Shown piece after piece: positions 36,179 to 48,494 of a stretch of 64,000 bases of DNA (within the stretch, counting starts at the first letter, position 1; each line of letters starts with the position of its first letter). The notes under the pieces are model-generated. The model made no database searches, was not told the DNA's origin, and saw only the letters and a program-made list of their open reading frames with translations. The position numbers and the translations under genes were made by a program. Source of the DNA: Batkoa obscura. Its lineage: Eukaryota. Location of the stretch: positions 992,001 through 1,056,000 of the forward strand of contig JASVEC010000014.1 of NCBI GenBank assembly GCA_030770535.1. The letters are read 5' to 3'.

Positions 36179-37110
36179 CTATATACATCGAAATTGAAAA
36201 AATATAAAGTTAAAGCTTTGCTTTTTAAAAATAATGTAAAGTGAAATAAAAAGTGTTGTGATTAAATTTTTATTTCATGTTTAAAATCATTGATTTATAC
36301 TGGTATATATGTAATTATTGCTGCCATGATTTATGCAATTTAACAAATACTATAAAGTATAACTAAAAAATTAAAATGTATTCTCAAAATGGGCATTGTT
36401 TTTGGATTTGAAAAACATTTGTTTTTATAATTGTTTCAACTCTTTTGGGACTTTTTTAGCAATGGTTTGTATAGTTAAATTACTTCGTAATTTTTTAAGG
36501 ACTAATTCATGTATTTTAGCTCAATATTATTATGGTTTTTTTCTTAAATGAGCAACTATAGAGTTTAAAAGGAGTTACAATAGTTGTAATTATATAATAA
36601 AAACTATATCACTCTAACAATTACTTTTTATAAAAGGTTTAATTGGTTCAACTTTACAGCTGTTGCAGTTCTTCTAAGGTCTATTAACAGTTTATTTAAA
36701 AAAATTCCGGAGCATATTTACATAAGTATTAAATTCAGCCTTTAAGAGTCAACTATGCAAAGGATTCGACTATAAAAACTAATGCTAAAATGTTCCAAAA
36801 GGGTTGTAGTAACTGTATTGATGTGCATGATTATTTTTTTTGAAACATAACCCAAGGAAAAATGAACCCTGCTTTAAATAAAAGTCAAAAAATAAAACTT
36901 TATTCTATATTTGGTAATCAGAGCTATTTCAAATATCAATACTAAGTTGGTATCTTTGTTGTTACTTTGTAAATGATTATTTTAGTATATCCTTTGGTAG
37001 GCTTTCATAATGACTAATGATAAACAAGCTTATTGATCCTGGCACTATAAATAAATTTTAGGCTTTAGCTATTTGAAACTCTTTAGTAAAATATTATCGA
37101 GTAATAATAT

Positions 37111-37213
37111 AAAGATGTATTTTTTTGTTTAAGAATTATACTAATAGAGTAACCTTTCCGCTCAAATAGTGCTTAAAAATGGAAAAGGTGATGAGACCTA
37201 AAAATACACCCTT
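37111..37213 (+). mobile_element. MITE copy (diverged)
   Basis: Core CCGCTCAAATAGTGCTTAAAA, degenerate TIRs. Confidence 0.8.
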
Positions 37214-37283
37214 AAACTTTGAGTGTTTCAGAAGGTATGTCTAAAATTAGAAATAAGGTAGTTTAAGGCTAAAATTAATAAAT

Positions 37284-37382
37284 GGGGATGTCTTTTTTTG
37301 CTTCATTACTTTTTCCATCTTTTAAGCGCTGTTTACATGGAAAAATTGTTAGTAAAATTCCTAAATACAAAAATACATCCCC
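37284..37382 (-). mobile_element. MITE copy
   Basis: GGGGATGT/ACATCCCC termini, AAAT/ATAT flanks. Confidence 0.9.
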
Positions 37383-37480
37383 ATATATTAAAAAGAGAAT
37401 AATTTATTTAAGTTAATCAATCTATAGAAAACCCGAGAAAGTCATATAAAACCATCTTACAATGAAACGAAGGTATTGCT

Positions 37481-39103
37481 TTATTTCGAACTCACAGCCT
37501 GTACCATAAGATTAATCACCAAGACTAACCTTTCATTTTGATTTTTAGCTAACTTATTAAGCTGATTTAACAATTCCTCAAGTAACACATTGGAATCATC
37601 AATCCATTTTGAATACGATTGAAGAGCATGAATAGCAGTCAAAAACATATAAAATCTAATGGAAGAAAAACAATCTAAGTTTAAGTTAGAATTATAGATC
37701 AATAGTTGCTGAATATTAGTTTTTAATAAATGAAGGTCTTTAGGCTTTTTATCCAATACATTAATTGAAAATAAACTATCTTTATTATTACTAGAAGCTA
37801 TACATCGAATATCAAATAACGAAACTGAACTCGAATGATAGATGACTTTGATATGATTTGTAACTGTATCGATATAGACATTAAATAGTTTATTTGAAAT
37901 TGATTGTTTAATCATTTGTAATTTACTCACTGCTGTTTCTGTGGTAGAGTTTAATAACTTCACTAATATTTGATTCATCTTTACTACTTTGGCATTATTA
38001 ATATTTAATGTATCTATGTGTAATAAAGTATCAAAAAAATGTTTGTAAAATAAACCACAATTATAAAAAAAGTTGGAATAAGTTGACACTATGGATTGCA
38101 TTATTTCTTCGATTGCTTTCTCTTTGTTTAATTTTGGTGCTGTCATATCTTTCTTCCATAAATTATGACTATCAAATGCTAAATTACAATATGGATCATT
38201 AATTGAAAGTAAGTAGACAATTGCTGAATAGCATAATTTTCTTTCACTATTATCTTTATAATTTACATGCAATCCTAATAATATACAATAGCTATGTAAA
38301 TTAGAAAAATAGTAAGATGGCAATGCTAAGCTACTTCCCTTCAATCCATTTAATAATACAACCATCGATTGAATATTACTTAAATTAACCTTTAATCGAT
38401 TTGGCTTGAAATGAACTAATAACTTATTCTTTAAGAATGTCTTTAATCCGGATAAAGTATCGCTTTCATCAACTTGAGCCAAAGCAGCTAACATCATCGA
38501 ATAAATTAATACACTATCTCTTGTTTTACTTAAAAATTGATTGTAAGTGAACAGTGGTAACAATATGTTAACCCTTTGAAAATAAACCATAATAAGCTGT
38601 GGCATAATATTAAAAATACTAATATTCTTATTAATAATACCAACCTTCTCATCAAACTTCGGCATTTTACTATACAATAAGCTTAAGCATTGATTTGGAG
38701 CGACTTTATAAAAAGCGTAGGAACGTTGATCAAATAAAATAGGCGAATGAAAGAATTTAATTGGAAAAACAGAAGCTATTGAATTATTAGAATTAAATCT
38801 GGTACCACCCAATTCCATCTTTAATTGTTGAAAATATTTATAATTTAAACTAATAATCCCTTCTTTTTTTTTTTCTCTTTTTAATTTTGCAGATTGAAAT
38901 AATATAAAGGTTTTGGAATGGAAATCTTCATTATTATACATCCTTGGCTTGCGTTGATTCTTTCGTAATCTGGTACACAATCCCCCAACTTCTTTACAGT
39001 TACTACATATCGGTAAAATTAAATCACATCGTTTTTTATTAATATAACATAAATCACAAGCTGATCGTATCCTAGTTCCATTCGTTAATATTGGCTTACT
39101 CAT
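37481..39103 (-). CDS. Zn(II)2Cys6 transcription factor, paralog 3
   Basis: ACDLCYINKKRCDLILPICSNCKEVGGLC, colinear with paralogs 1 and 2, intronless. Confidence 0.9.
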   Translation of the reverse strand: MSKPILTNGTRIRSACDLCYINKKRCDLILPICSNCKEVGGLCTRLRKNQRKPRMYNNEDFHSKTFILFQSAKLKREKKKEGIISLNYKYFQQLKMELGGTRFNSNNSIASVFPIKFFHSPILFDQRSYAFYKVAPNQCLSLLYSKMPKFDEKVGIINKNISIFNIMPQLIMVYFQRVNILLPLFTYNQFLSKTRDSVLIYSMMLAALAQVDESDTLSGLKTFLKNKLLVHFKPNRLKVNLSNIQSMVVLLNGLKGSSLALPSYYFSNLHSYCILLGLHVNYKDNSERKLCYSAIVYLLSINDPYCNLAFDSHNLWKKDMTAPKLNKEKAIEEIMQSIVSTYSNFFYNCGLFYKHFFDTLLHIDTLNINNAKVVKMNQILVKLLNSTTETAVSKLQMIKQSISNKLFNVYIDTVTNHIKVIYHSSSVSLFDIRCIASSNNKDSLFSINVLDKKPKDLHLLKTNIQQLLIYNSNLNLDCFSSIRFYMFLTAIHALQSYSKWIDDSNVLLEELLNQLNKLAKNQNERLVLVINLMVQAVSSK

Positions 39104-39819
39104 TTTTATTTTTAATTATTTGATGCATGACCTTAAAGCTTTAATTCTTTGTTGTAGAAATTAGCTTAAGTAAAGAGCTATAGCTAGGCTGTAAACGAAG
39201 TAAAAAAAATTGAGTTATCTAAATGAATTATCAAATAATTAGAAAAAGATGAATAATCTATTTTATCTTTATCTAGATTTATCAGTAAGTTCTAAAACTA
39301 GTATAATAAAAGTCATCTCTCTATATTGACAAATTAGAAGCACCAGTTTAAAGCTGTTTAAAACAAATAAATTGGGAAAGTTTGGTTTTGGTAAATCGAG
39401 AATTACGACCTGTTTAATTTCAAATGTGTCATACTTTCTTCAATTTAATTTAAATGTGAATGGGCATTTATATTCTACATTTATCAAGTTTTTCCTAGTA
39501 ATTTTCTTCTCTATTCATCATTTACAAAATAAAAATCCTTATCCATACTTTAATTAAACTAGGGAATAGCTACATATTTGTATTGAATAATATCTTGTTA
39601 GATCTCATTAATTTTTATGAAAATGTAAACTTCAATTTAATTTAGTTGCTATTTTTCAGTCGATAACCTCAACTTTCATTATTTTATGAAAAATAAAACA
39701 TTATTAGATTTTTATTTTGATATTATTCTTTAATAATATATAATAATTTCTGATTTTAAATAAATATAAAAGCTATATTATTAGTAATTTTTTTATAATC
39801 ACTGTAAAAATTTAAATTA

Positions 39820-40042
39820 CAACTGCTGCAACCCTTTTATGACCTAATACACAAGAAAATATTTATGTTAAAGTTCGCCAAAATATAAGGATTAAGGCTT
39901 GTAAGTACTGGCTACACAAATAATTTATAAAAATCACTACTAAAAATTTTGCAAAAAAGTTGCAACAGCTGCATGGATATACTTACATCAATTTTACTTT
40001 TAAATGAACAGTTAATATTTCGCGAAAAAGCTGCAGCAGCTA
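39820..40042. mobile_element. Second MITE family, Tc1/mariner-like ends
   Basis: TA-CAACTGCTGCAACCCTTTT ... AAAAAGCTGCAGCAGCTA-TA, extra right end at 39953-39971, similar left ends near 36657 and 55168. Confidence 0.5.
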
Positions 40043-40327
40043 TAATATACTCTATTATATTTAAATTTTTTGTCACTAATTTTTATTTCATGTTATATAA
40101 ATTCGTTTCGTCATTATAATATATATTGTTTATTTTTATAGCAGAACTAAAATCAATCACACTTTTTAAAATAACGATCCTTATTTCTTAAAAAAATAAC
40201 CCTAAAAATTGATCAATATTCTTCAAGCATTTTGATTGGTGAATATTCACTTTATAAATTTGAATTTATAAAAAATATAAAACTGTAACTAATTTAACTT
40301 TTTTTATTATAAATTAACCAGCTAAAA

Positions 40328-41726
40328 ATGTCGGAAAATCCAAATAACAGCATATCAAGAGATGGAAGTAACCCAATAACTCCAGAAATTCATTTTTTTA
40401 CCCAATTCCCAGTCTCAAGACCTGTGGAAAAAGTGGGAAAATTTATCGGTGTTCAAGAACTTTTAGAGATAAATCAAGTAGCAGAAGGCTTTAAACCAAC
40501 AGGGAATGAGAAAAAAGAAGTAAGCATGTAATTAATAAATTGTTGGTTAAGCTAATTGTTTTTTTCAAAAATCCAAAGATAACTCAAAAACCTACATTAT
40601 TCGACTCAGAAGAAGTACTAACGTAAGTTGCTAAAGTATTTTACTCTGTCTTACTTTTATCTAATGAACATTTCATTTTATGATTAGTAACTATTTTGAA
40701 TCTAAGAAAAAGTCATCAACAGGAATTAAATTAAGTCATCAATTCCATCAACCAGAAGAGTTAGAAAATGAATTAGTGGAATTAATTAAACAAGATGAAG
40801 TAAAGAAAAAGGTAAGCTTATCATTTTTACGTAATAGATTCCTTTTTTAAACCCTTTTATTTTAATCAGATAGCAGCAGGTACCAAGTTTGAAATTATAT
40901 TTGATGAATTTATAACTTTATTTTCTTAAGCTGGCCTTAAATCTTCAAAACCAATACCTATTTGGGCAAGAAATCACGCTCTTAATACACTAGAAGCTGA
41001 AAAACAACAAACTAATATGACTGAAAAATCAAAAGAATCCTCCTTTTCTTTAATAAATGAAAAGGATTTAAGGGTACAAAAAAAAGTTGAGGAAGGTAAA
41101 GAGAGTTCAATTTTATATCATTATATAATAGAATTGATATTGTTTTGTTTTAGTCAAAGCTAATAATAATAAAATTGAGTCTATTTATGGGATCATTAAG
41201 AAGAAAAGGAATATTGACCAAGTGGATAGGGATGAGATGAATGATAATAAAGAAAATGAAATGGAATTAAGAGAGTAATATAATTTATTATTGTCATTAT
41301 TGTTATTGTTTAATTTGACAACATAATTTTTTTAGATTTATGCAATTAAAACAACAATTCATATGTGTTACAGAAATCAAAGATATCGATATTGAACAAC
41401 TTATCAATTATATCAATCAATTGGCTACCATCCGCTATTGTGAACTTTTCAATGATAGGAACCAGCTAATAATAATATTAGAGGATTCTAATAAAGCTTA
41501 TCAATTATTAGAATTTCATAAGGAATTGACATTGGAAAATGGAAAAAAAGTTAAAATCCAAGAGTGTGAAGATAAAATTATTCAAAATTTTATTCAAAAT
41601 TATTCAAAAAAAATAGTAGAGCCAAAAGATAATGAGAATAAAGTAGTTAAAATGTCAGATTTAAATGTTAGAAAGGTATTGAGAAGTGATCGATTTGTAC
41701 ATTTAATTGGGTATGAAAGATTGTGA
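40328..41726 (+). CDS. Multi-exon protein with C-terminal RRM-like domain, function unknown
   Basis: Exons join in frame over GT-AG introns. The last exon has an RRM-like pattern (FICVTEI...IIILEDSNKAYQLL...LENGKKVKI). Confidence 0.6.
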
Positions 41727-41831
41727 GTATATTAAAATTAGTAGGACGAAGTTTATAATAAAATTATGTTTATTTTTTTAAAATTTAAAATTATAAATAT
41801 TATTAACGATGTAATATTTTATTTTATTTTT

Positions 41832-44313
41832 TTATAACTGAATAATACTTAATTTTCCAACTCTTTTATCTTGAGTTCTAGCATGAATAGAAGTAACAAT
41901 CAATTGTGTATTATTATTGAATTGAATTAATTCCATTGTAGTACCTAATCGATCTCTTTCCTCTCCTTTAATTAAACAATTAAACTTCTTATTACTTTTA
42001 TTGTAACTGTAAATTTGGCCAGATTCCCATTGAGCTAACGAATGATTAATAATTAATAGTTGATTATTATTAATAATTTTAGTAGCTAATAAAGAACCTT
42101 GATCTGAAGTATCTAAAAATTTAGAAGTAGATTCATTAATTTCAATTGGATTGTTGATAGTTATTAGTATATTCAAACTTATTTGATAAACGGAATTTGT
42201 TAACCAAGACAATGTTAAATTCTTTTTCGTTGTTGCTGTTACATATAAACTATCTCCATCTACTTTAAAATATTGCCCAATATTCATTATACTTCCGTTT
42301 CCTTTTATTTTAGTATTACGACTTTTGATATAACCTTTAGAGTCTAATTCAATCAATTCAATAATACCATTACTATCATTTCCAGGATTTCCAATAATTA
42401 AATAAGTAGTTTGATTATACTTAACAGCTTCAATATGACTACCAAACAACTGCGAATTGCCTAACTTATTAGGAAATAAACAATAATTAGGTTGATCTAG
42501 AACCTCATTATTATTTTTTAGATAAACACATATACTACCCATCAATCCAAATTGATTATTAGAATAATTAGGTGAAGTAACAACTAAATCCAATTGACTA
42601 TCATTATTAATATCAGTAATGATTACTTTCTCAGCAAAATTCGTATAACTTTTATCACTTTTTAAAATATCAGGTATTGAGTATGTTTTCTTCAATGTAA
42701 ATGTTTTCAAATCATACAAATGAAATCTACCTTGATACAAGTCATTTTCACTTGAAGAATAGGTAGGTTCCGTAATAATCAATTCATTCTCGCCTAAAAA
42801 CTTTATATCTTTACCAAAATTACCATTACTCATTAAAGATTCTCCAGGAGCTTGAATTTCATTTACCAACGTTAAATTAAAATTATAAACAAATACAGAA
42901 CCAAAATGATTATACGAATGGAATTTAATAGGGGCACTAACAACTAGATATAGGGTCATTTATTAATTTTATTTAAACATAGTTCATATTACCTATTAAT
43001 TTCAATTCATTATTAACTGCAATCGTGGAGCCAAACATACTATCCGGATCTTTACCATAGACAGAAATCTTATCGACTTTTTTATTACAACCTTGATTTA
43101 ATAAAATTTCTTTTATTGATGCTAACTTGATTGATTCTTTTTCATTAGTAACCTTAATATCATTGACTTTAGTAATAGAATCGACTATTTGTTTTGATGG
43201 CAATTCGTTTTTTAAAATATCTTCTTTTTGTTGAATAGGAATTGGATTCAATAAATCAATTTCTTTATACTTAGGAAATTGTATATTACAAAACCCTTTT
43301 TTATTTGTTTGGGCTTTATTTGACTCTCCAATCCACTCAATTAAATCCTTCCAACAATATGTTACATTATCAATTAAAGAGTTTAAACCTAAAATAGTAC
43401 AAATAAACATGCAACCTAATAAATGAATAATATTAATTTTTTTACCTCCTTTAAAATAACTCTCATAATTTTCCAATAAAAAGGGAGCTAGATTAGTATC
43501 CAATCCCCCTAACGCATATTTTCCTTTTGCCTTGATAGCTTGTGTAGCCGTATAACCCACCCCCATACAAGTAGTTAATTGAATGACGTTTAAATTCGTA
43601 TAATTCATCGATTTAAATATGTTGATAATATCTTCATAAGGAGTATGCCAAATTAACTATTAAAAAACAGAGTTTATTTTAGTGGTTAAATATAAATGTT
43701 TGAGATATATATAAATTACAGAAATATGGTCTAAACTTTGCATTCTATTCAATACAAATTCAGCCCCAACATCGGCAATGGTGTGGGCTTTGCCATAGTT
43801 TCCATTCCAATCCTTTTTTGAAAAGGCCTATTATAAAAATTAAATTTTAAATTTCATATTATAATAATGCATTCGTACATCAATAAACCCCAAACTTCTC
43901 TGATCCAATGAATGCCATGCTACATCTGCTGTACCATGAGAAACAATACCAAATAAAAAGCTTAATAAATTATAAAACTTATTCATCTTACTCTCCCTAT
44001 TCTCTTTATACCCATCCTTTAAAAACTTCTCTAATTGAGATTTGTACTCCTGATTAATATATTTTAATGTATATAAATAAAAAGTTGGCCAATGTGCTTC
44101 TTCACTTTGGTTTGGTAAGTTTAAACAATTATAACCGAAGTCTGGAAAGTAGCTACCACTTTCTAAACTGCTACGATGATGTGTCAAAAGTTGATGATAA
44201 GCATCATTGGATGGTAAACGATCAATATTACGTAAGCTGACTTCAATATGGGTGGCCATACCATTGCAGAGGATCCCGGGGAGATAGAAGATTAAAGTTA
44301 AGATAAAATACAT
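41832..44313 (-). CDS. GPI-specific phospholipase D-like secreted protein (GPLD1 family), 4 exons
   Basis: Signal peptide, GMATHIEV, GSYFPDFGYNC, EEAHWPTF, GIVSHGTADVAWHSL, then FG-GAP repeats (DINNDSQLDLVVTSP). Confidence 0.85.
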
Positions 44314-45088
44314 TTCTTTAAATTATGTGTTAAGCTAATTTTTTGTATTAAAAAGAAACCAAATTATTGACTTAACTTATCCCCTTTTTTATTTATTATT
44401 TTGAATAGTTCATGATACAAAAAATTTCACTATATATTTTATAATTGATATCTATTCAGTCTATTTTCCATACCAATGATCTATAACATGAGAGTTAAAA
44501 AAGGGGATGAAAATCCTTTTTATTTATTTTTGACTTAATTTGGAAATTTGAATTTATCCTGAAGTTTAAAATTTACTTTTAAATTATTAGCTGGCTGTTC
44601 TATCATAATAACTTTTATTAATGTTAATATCAGACATATAAAATTAGAGTCCCTTTTTGACTAAGAAATTTTAATTTTTAATAGGTGTACACAATTTCTT
44701 TAATAACAAAAGGTTTGTTAGTTTGTTTAAACAATTATTAATTTAATAATAGTTAAATTAAAATGAGGAATTAATAATGACTACCAACTTTTGAATAACT
44801 GTAATACGCTCATTTATTTCCAAAACATTTTATGTAATATTTTTTTGGATTTATTATTACTTCGTCAAGTTTAAATGAAATATCTATCTTTATATATAAA
44901 CTTTTAATCCTTAAGATCAGAGTAAATAATATTAAAATTTGGCAAATAATATAGACTTTTATGGCAATTTTAATTTCGAATACCAGAAATAACTTTTCTA
45001 TAACCAGTTAATTACAATTCTGCTATGCTATATAATAATCTTTTTTTTAATATTCTTATATAAAAATTCAAAATTTAGGCAAATATAT

Positions 45089-45185
45089 GGGAACATTTTT
45101 TGATTTCATTACTTTTTCCATTTTCTAAGCGCTATTTGAGCGGAAAGATTGTTAGTAAAATCCTTGAACAAAAAAATATATCCCC
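45089..45185 (-). mobile_element. MITE copy
   Basis: Core sequence, ATAT duplication. Confidence 0.88.
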
Positions 45186-45339
45186 ATATTCTTCTTTTGA
45201 TGTTGCTGTTATTGTTACTACTACATTTATTTATAAATGGTTTTTATAGCCAAATTAATAAGATAGCATCAAGAACTGACAATAGCATATGTATGATGAG
45301 AGATGACGACTTATGTTATTTAGGTAGATATGTCAATAT

Positions 45340-45535
45340 GGGGATGTTTTTTTGATTTCATTACTTTTCCATTTTTTAAGCGCTATCTGAGTGGAAAGAT
45401 TGTAAAATTCTTAATCAAAAAAATACATCCCCATATGGGAGTGTTTTTTTTGGCTTCATTACTTTTTCCATCTTTTAAGCGCTATTTGCGTGGAAAATTT
45501 GTTAGTGAAATTCTTAAACACAAAAATACATCCCC
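45340..45535 (-). mobile_element. Two tandem MITE copies (45340-45432, 45437-45535)
   Basis: ATAT-MITE-ATAT-MITE-ATAT. Confidence 0.92.
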
Positions 45536-46600
45536 ATATGCTAAATATTGATATTTATAAAAGTAATAAATAGCTATTTAAATTAAGTTTCAATAAAGAG
45601 TTCCAAATAATATAACACAACAAATACACTAAAACAGATAAGGTCTAATAGCACGTTTTACATAGTAAATCAAACAACTGCTGGCTTTTACAAGGCAAAT
45701 CCCTAAACAGGGCTATATTATAAATATTTTGATATTGAGAAAAAAGAATGACATGATGAGTATACTATTAAAGAAATTTTTAGACTAAACAAAACATTTA
45801 AAATAGCTGAGTCAAACAAGAATGTCTATTCAAGTATTTATTTTATTTCACAAGATGAAATAGACTCAAATCTATTTTATACTTCTAATTACCTTAACTC
45901 CAAATATTTATAAATTGTGATAAGATCGTTTGACATCAAACAAAAGAAATTAAAACATTGTGTAGCTTGGAATATAATTATTTCGGAAGATACATTAATT
46001 ATCTGAAACTGCTATTTATTAAAGACAATAAATTATATTCTGCAATTATACAAACGCCTGATTCATTTAATAACAACTTCAGACTACACGAATCGGATTT
46101 AGAATCAAATGAAAAAAGTATAATTTCGAATTAATACGACAATTTAGATTGATCACATTAAAAGCAAAATCAAACATTTACCTTATAACTTATGGCCTTA
46201 GTGTTATAACTGAGGAAAACAAAGTTGGATATGTAAACTTGAACTACAACCATTGACTTTCGCAAAATCAAACCAAACTATTCCATTATTAAATGATGGT
46301 TACTTCACTATTTATAATGATTATTTAATAAATTCACTTGGCTTTGTTTTTGTTAATAATGATAATTATACAGCTGAAGGTGGACATGGGATTTCAACTG
46401 AATCTTCTAATAAAATCAACTATTTAATACTCAGACTTGGGAAGAAGTCGATAAGAGAAATAATAATGGTAATACTTCATCAACAAGAGGAACTATATCG
46501 ATAATAATGATTGTTTTACTTATGCTCTACAAATGTAAATTGAAAAAGGAGAGGTCACCAAGTACGGTTACAGCTCCTACTATAATTGAGCCAATCAATC
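45536..46600 (+). pseudogene. Decayed paralog of the 31300-32690 pseudogene
   Basis: First ~420 bp nearly identical (inverted) to 32219-32638. Weaker similarity continues (TATTTATTAAAGACAATAAATTATATT vs TATTTATTAGAAGCAATAAGTTATATT). Confidence 0.55.
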
Positions 46601-47652
46601 CATTATATAAGTATTTTCAAATGATTGATGGCTGTAATACTATATTACAACTAAAAATAATAACAAAAATTAGAACTTAAACATGTTTAATAATGACTAT
46701 AACAACTTAAAATAACATTTAACTAGAAATCTACATAATTGATAAGTACTTGCCATTATTTATGTTTATATAATTTATTAGCATCTATTCGAATTCTTTT
46801 ATTTAGAATGATTTTTAGTAAAATCAAAATAGATACTTTTAAGACATTTTAGTTCTATAAGTATTTAAATAGTTGAAATTATTATCGACTTATTTTTTAA
46901 AATACTATGCTATTTTATTTTAGATCACAATCAAAAATGAATTTACAGTCTTTTTTAATTAAAACACATACTGCCATCATATTTAAATGCCACTTTTTTA
47001 AAATACTATCTAGAAGATCATATTTTTATTTCACTATTATTTGATTTTAGTATACTACAATTTGAGATTTATCAGTTAAACCCTGAAACAAAAAATACAT
47101 TCTCATACACTATTTTATAGAGCAATATAACTTAATTTGAGTGAAAATAGATTTCGAAAAAAAAATGTACACATTCATATAAAATTTAAACTAATAAAAG
47201 CTTTTTAGTTTGAATAATAAGTTAGAAACACTAGTAAAGTTTGAAAAAAATAAAAACTAGCTTAACTATGCTTAATTTAGTTGTCAATAAAATAAAACAA
47301 TGCACTAAAAATGCAACTTTTTTTATTATTTATTATCTATTTTCATATTTTTATTTGATGTTAAAAAACTATTATGTAGCTTAAAATATTAATATAATAT
47401 TTATAATCACATTTTTCTAAACCTTAGTTCGAATCATGTAAAAAGCTATATAAGTAAATTCCTACTACAAATTATGGGATGAATTAATACTTACTGCGAA
47501 AATCGCAGCTTGAAACCAAATGTTGCTTAAAATTTTTTACTTAGCCAATGAACGCTATGAAAAAAATTATTTTTGGACCTAAAAAAATAACAAGGGTTAG
47601 TGCAAGTTGACGCTTTCCCTCTCTTTCCCGGATATATCATCACTAACCTAAG

Positions 47653-48494
47653 ATGTAAGTGGTCAATAAAACAAAAAATATAGCAGGTTAAACAAGAAGG
47701 TTGTGGTTATCATTTTAAACGCATCAAATTTGTTTAGTCAACTATCAATATTTTTTACTTTAAAAAGTTCCATAGCTTATATTCAACTATTAGGGTCAAT
47801 CTTCGTAGTCAAAAACGTATTGCTTCCCTTGTCCTCAACTGTGGTAAGAGAAAGGTATGGCTCGACCCCAATGAGACAACTGAAATCTCTAATGCCAATT
47901 CTCGTCAAAGCATCCGTAAATTAGTAAAGTCTGGTTTAATCATCCGCAAACCAGCTGTTATCCACTCTCGTTTCCGCGTTCAAGTTAAGGCTGAAGCCAA
48001 ACGTAAGGGTCGTCACAGTGGTACCGGTAAACGTCGTGGTACTGCTGAAGCCCGTATGCCAACTACTGTCCTCTGGATGCGCAGACAACGTGTTCTCCGT
48101 CGTCTTTTACGTAAATACCGTGAAGCCGCTAAAATCGACAAACACCTGTATATTTGATATTTATTCTAATTTGTATTTTTTCTAAACGATTTATAGTTAC
48201 CATGCTCTTTACATGAAGGCTAAGGGTAATGTTTTCAAGAACAAACGTGTACTTATGGAATACATTCACAAGGCTAAGGCTGAAAAGGCTCGTGCTAAAT
48301 TATTAGCGTAAGTTTTATTTAGGGATTAAGAGAAAGTTTATATTAATTTTATTAGTGACCAAGCCGAAGCTCACCGTGTCAAGACTCGTGCTGCTCGTGA
48401 ACGTCGTGCTGACAGACTTGCCGCTAAAAAAGATGCTCTTCTCGGACTCACCGAAGAAGATAAGGCCGAAGCTCCAAAAAAATCTAAGAAATAA
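47653..48494 (+). CDS. RPL19: 60S ribosomal protein eL19 (3 introns; start codon split by intron 1)
   Basis: [28 protein letters not shown]...[19 protein letters not shown]...[21 protein letters not shown], strong codon bias. Confidence 0.97.

Noticed and set aside
36390..36870. Possible further transposon remnant with short matches to 30440-30750
   Set aside because: Matches are too short for AT-rich DNA and no clear termini were found.
30793..45535. Recurrent GGGGATGT repeats as a CRISPR-like array
   Set aside because: Dispersed, in both orientations, irregularly spaced, with TIRs and TSDs, so they are MITEs.
45740..45760. TGA at expected Trp positions in decayed genes as evidence of UGA=Trp recoding
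   Set aside because: These regions also contain TAA stops and frameshifts, and intact genes use TGG for Trp.
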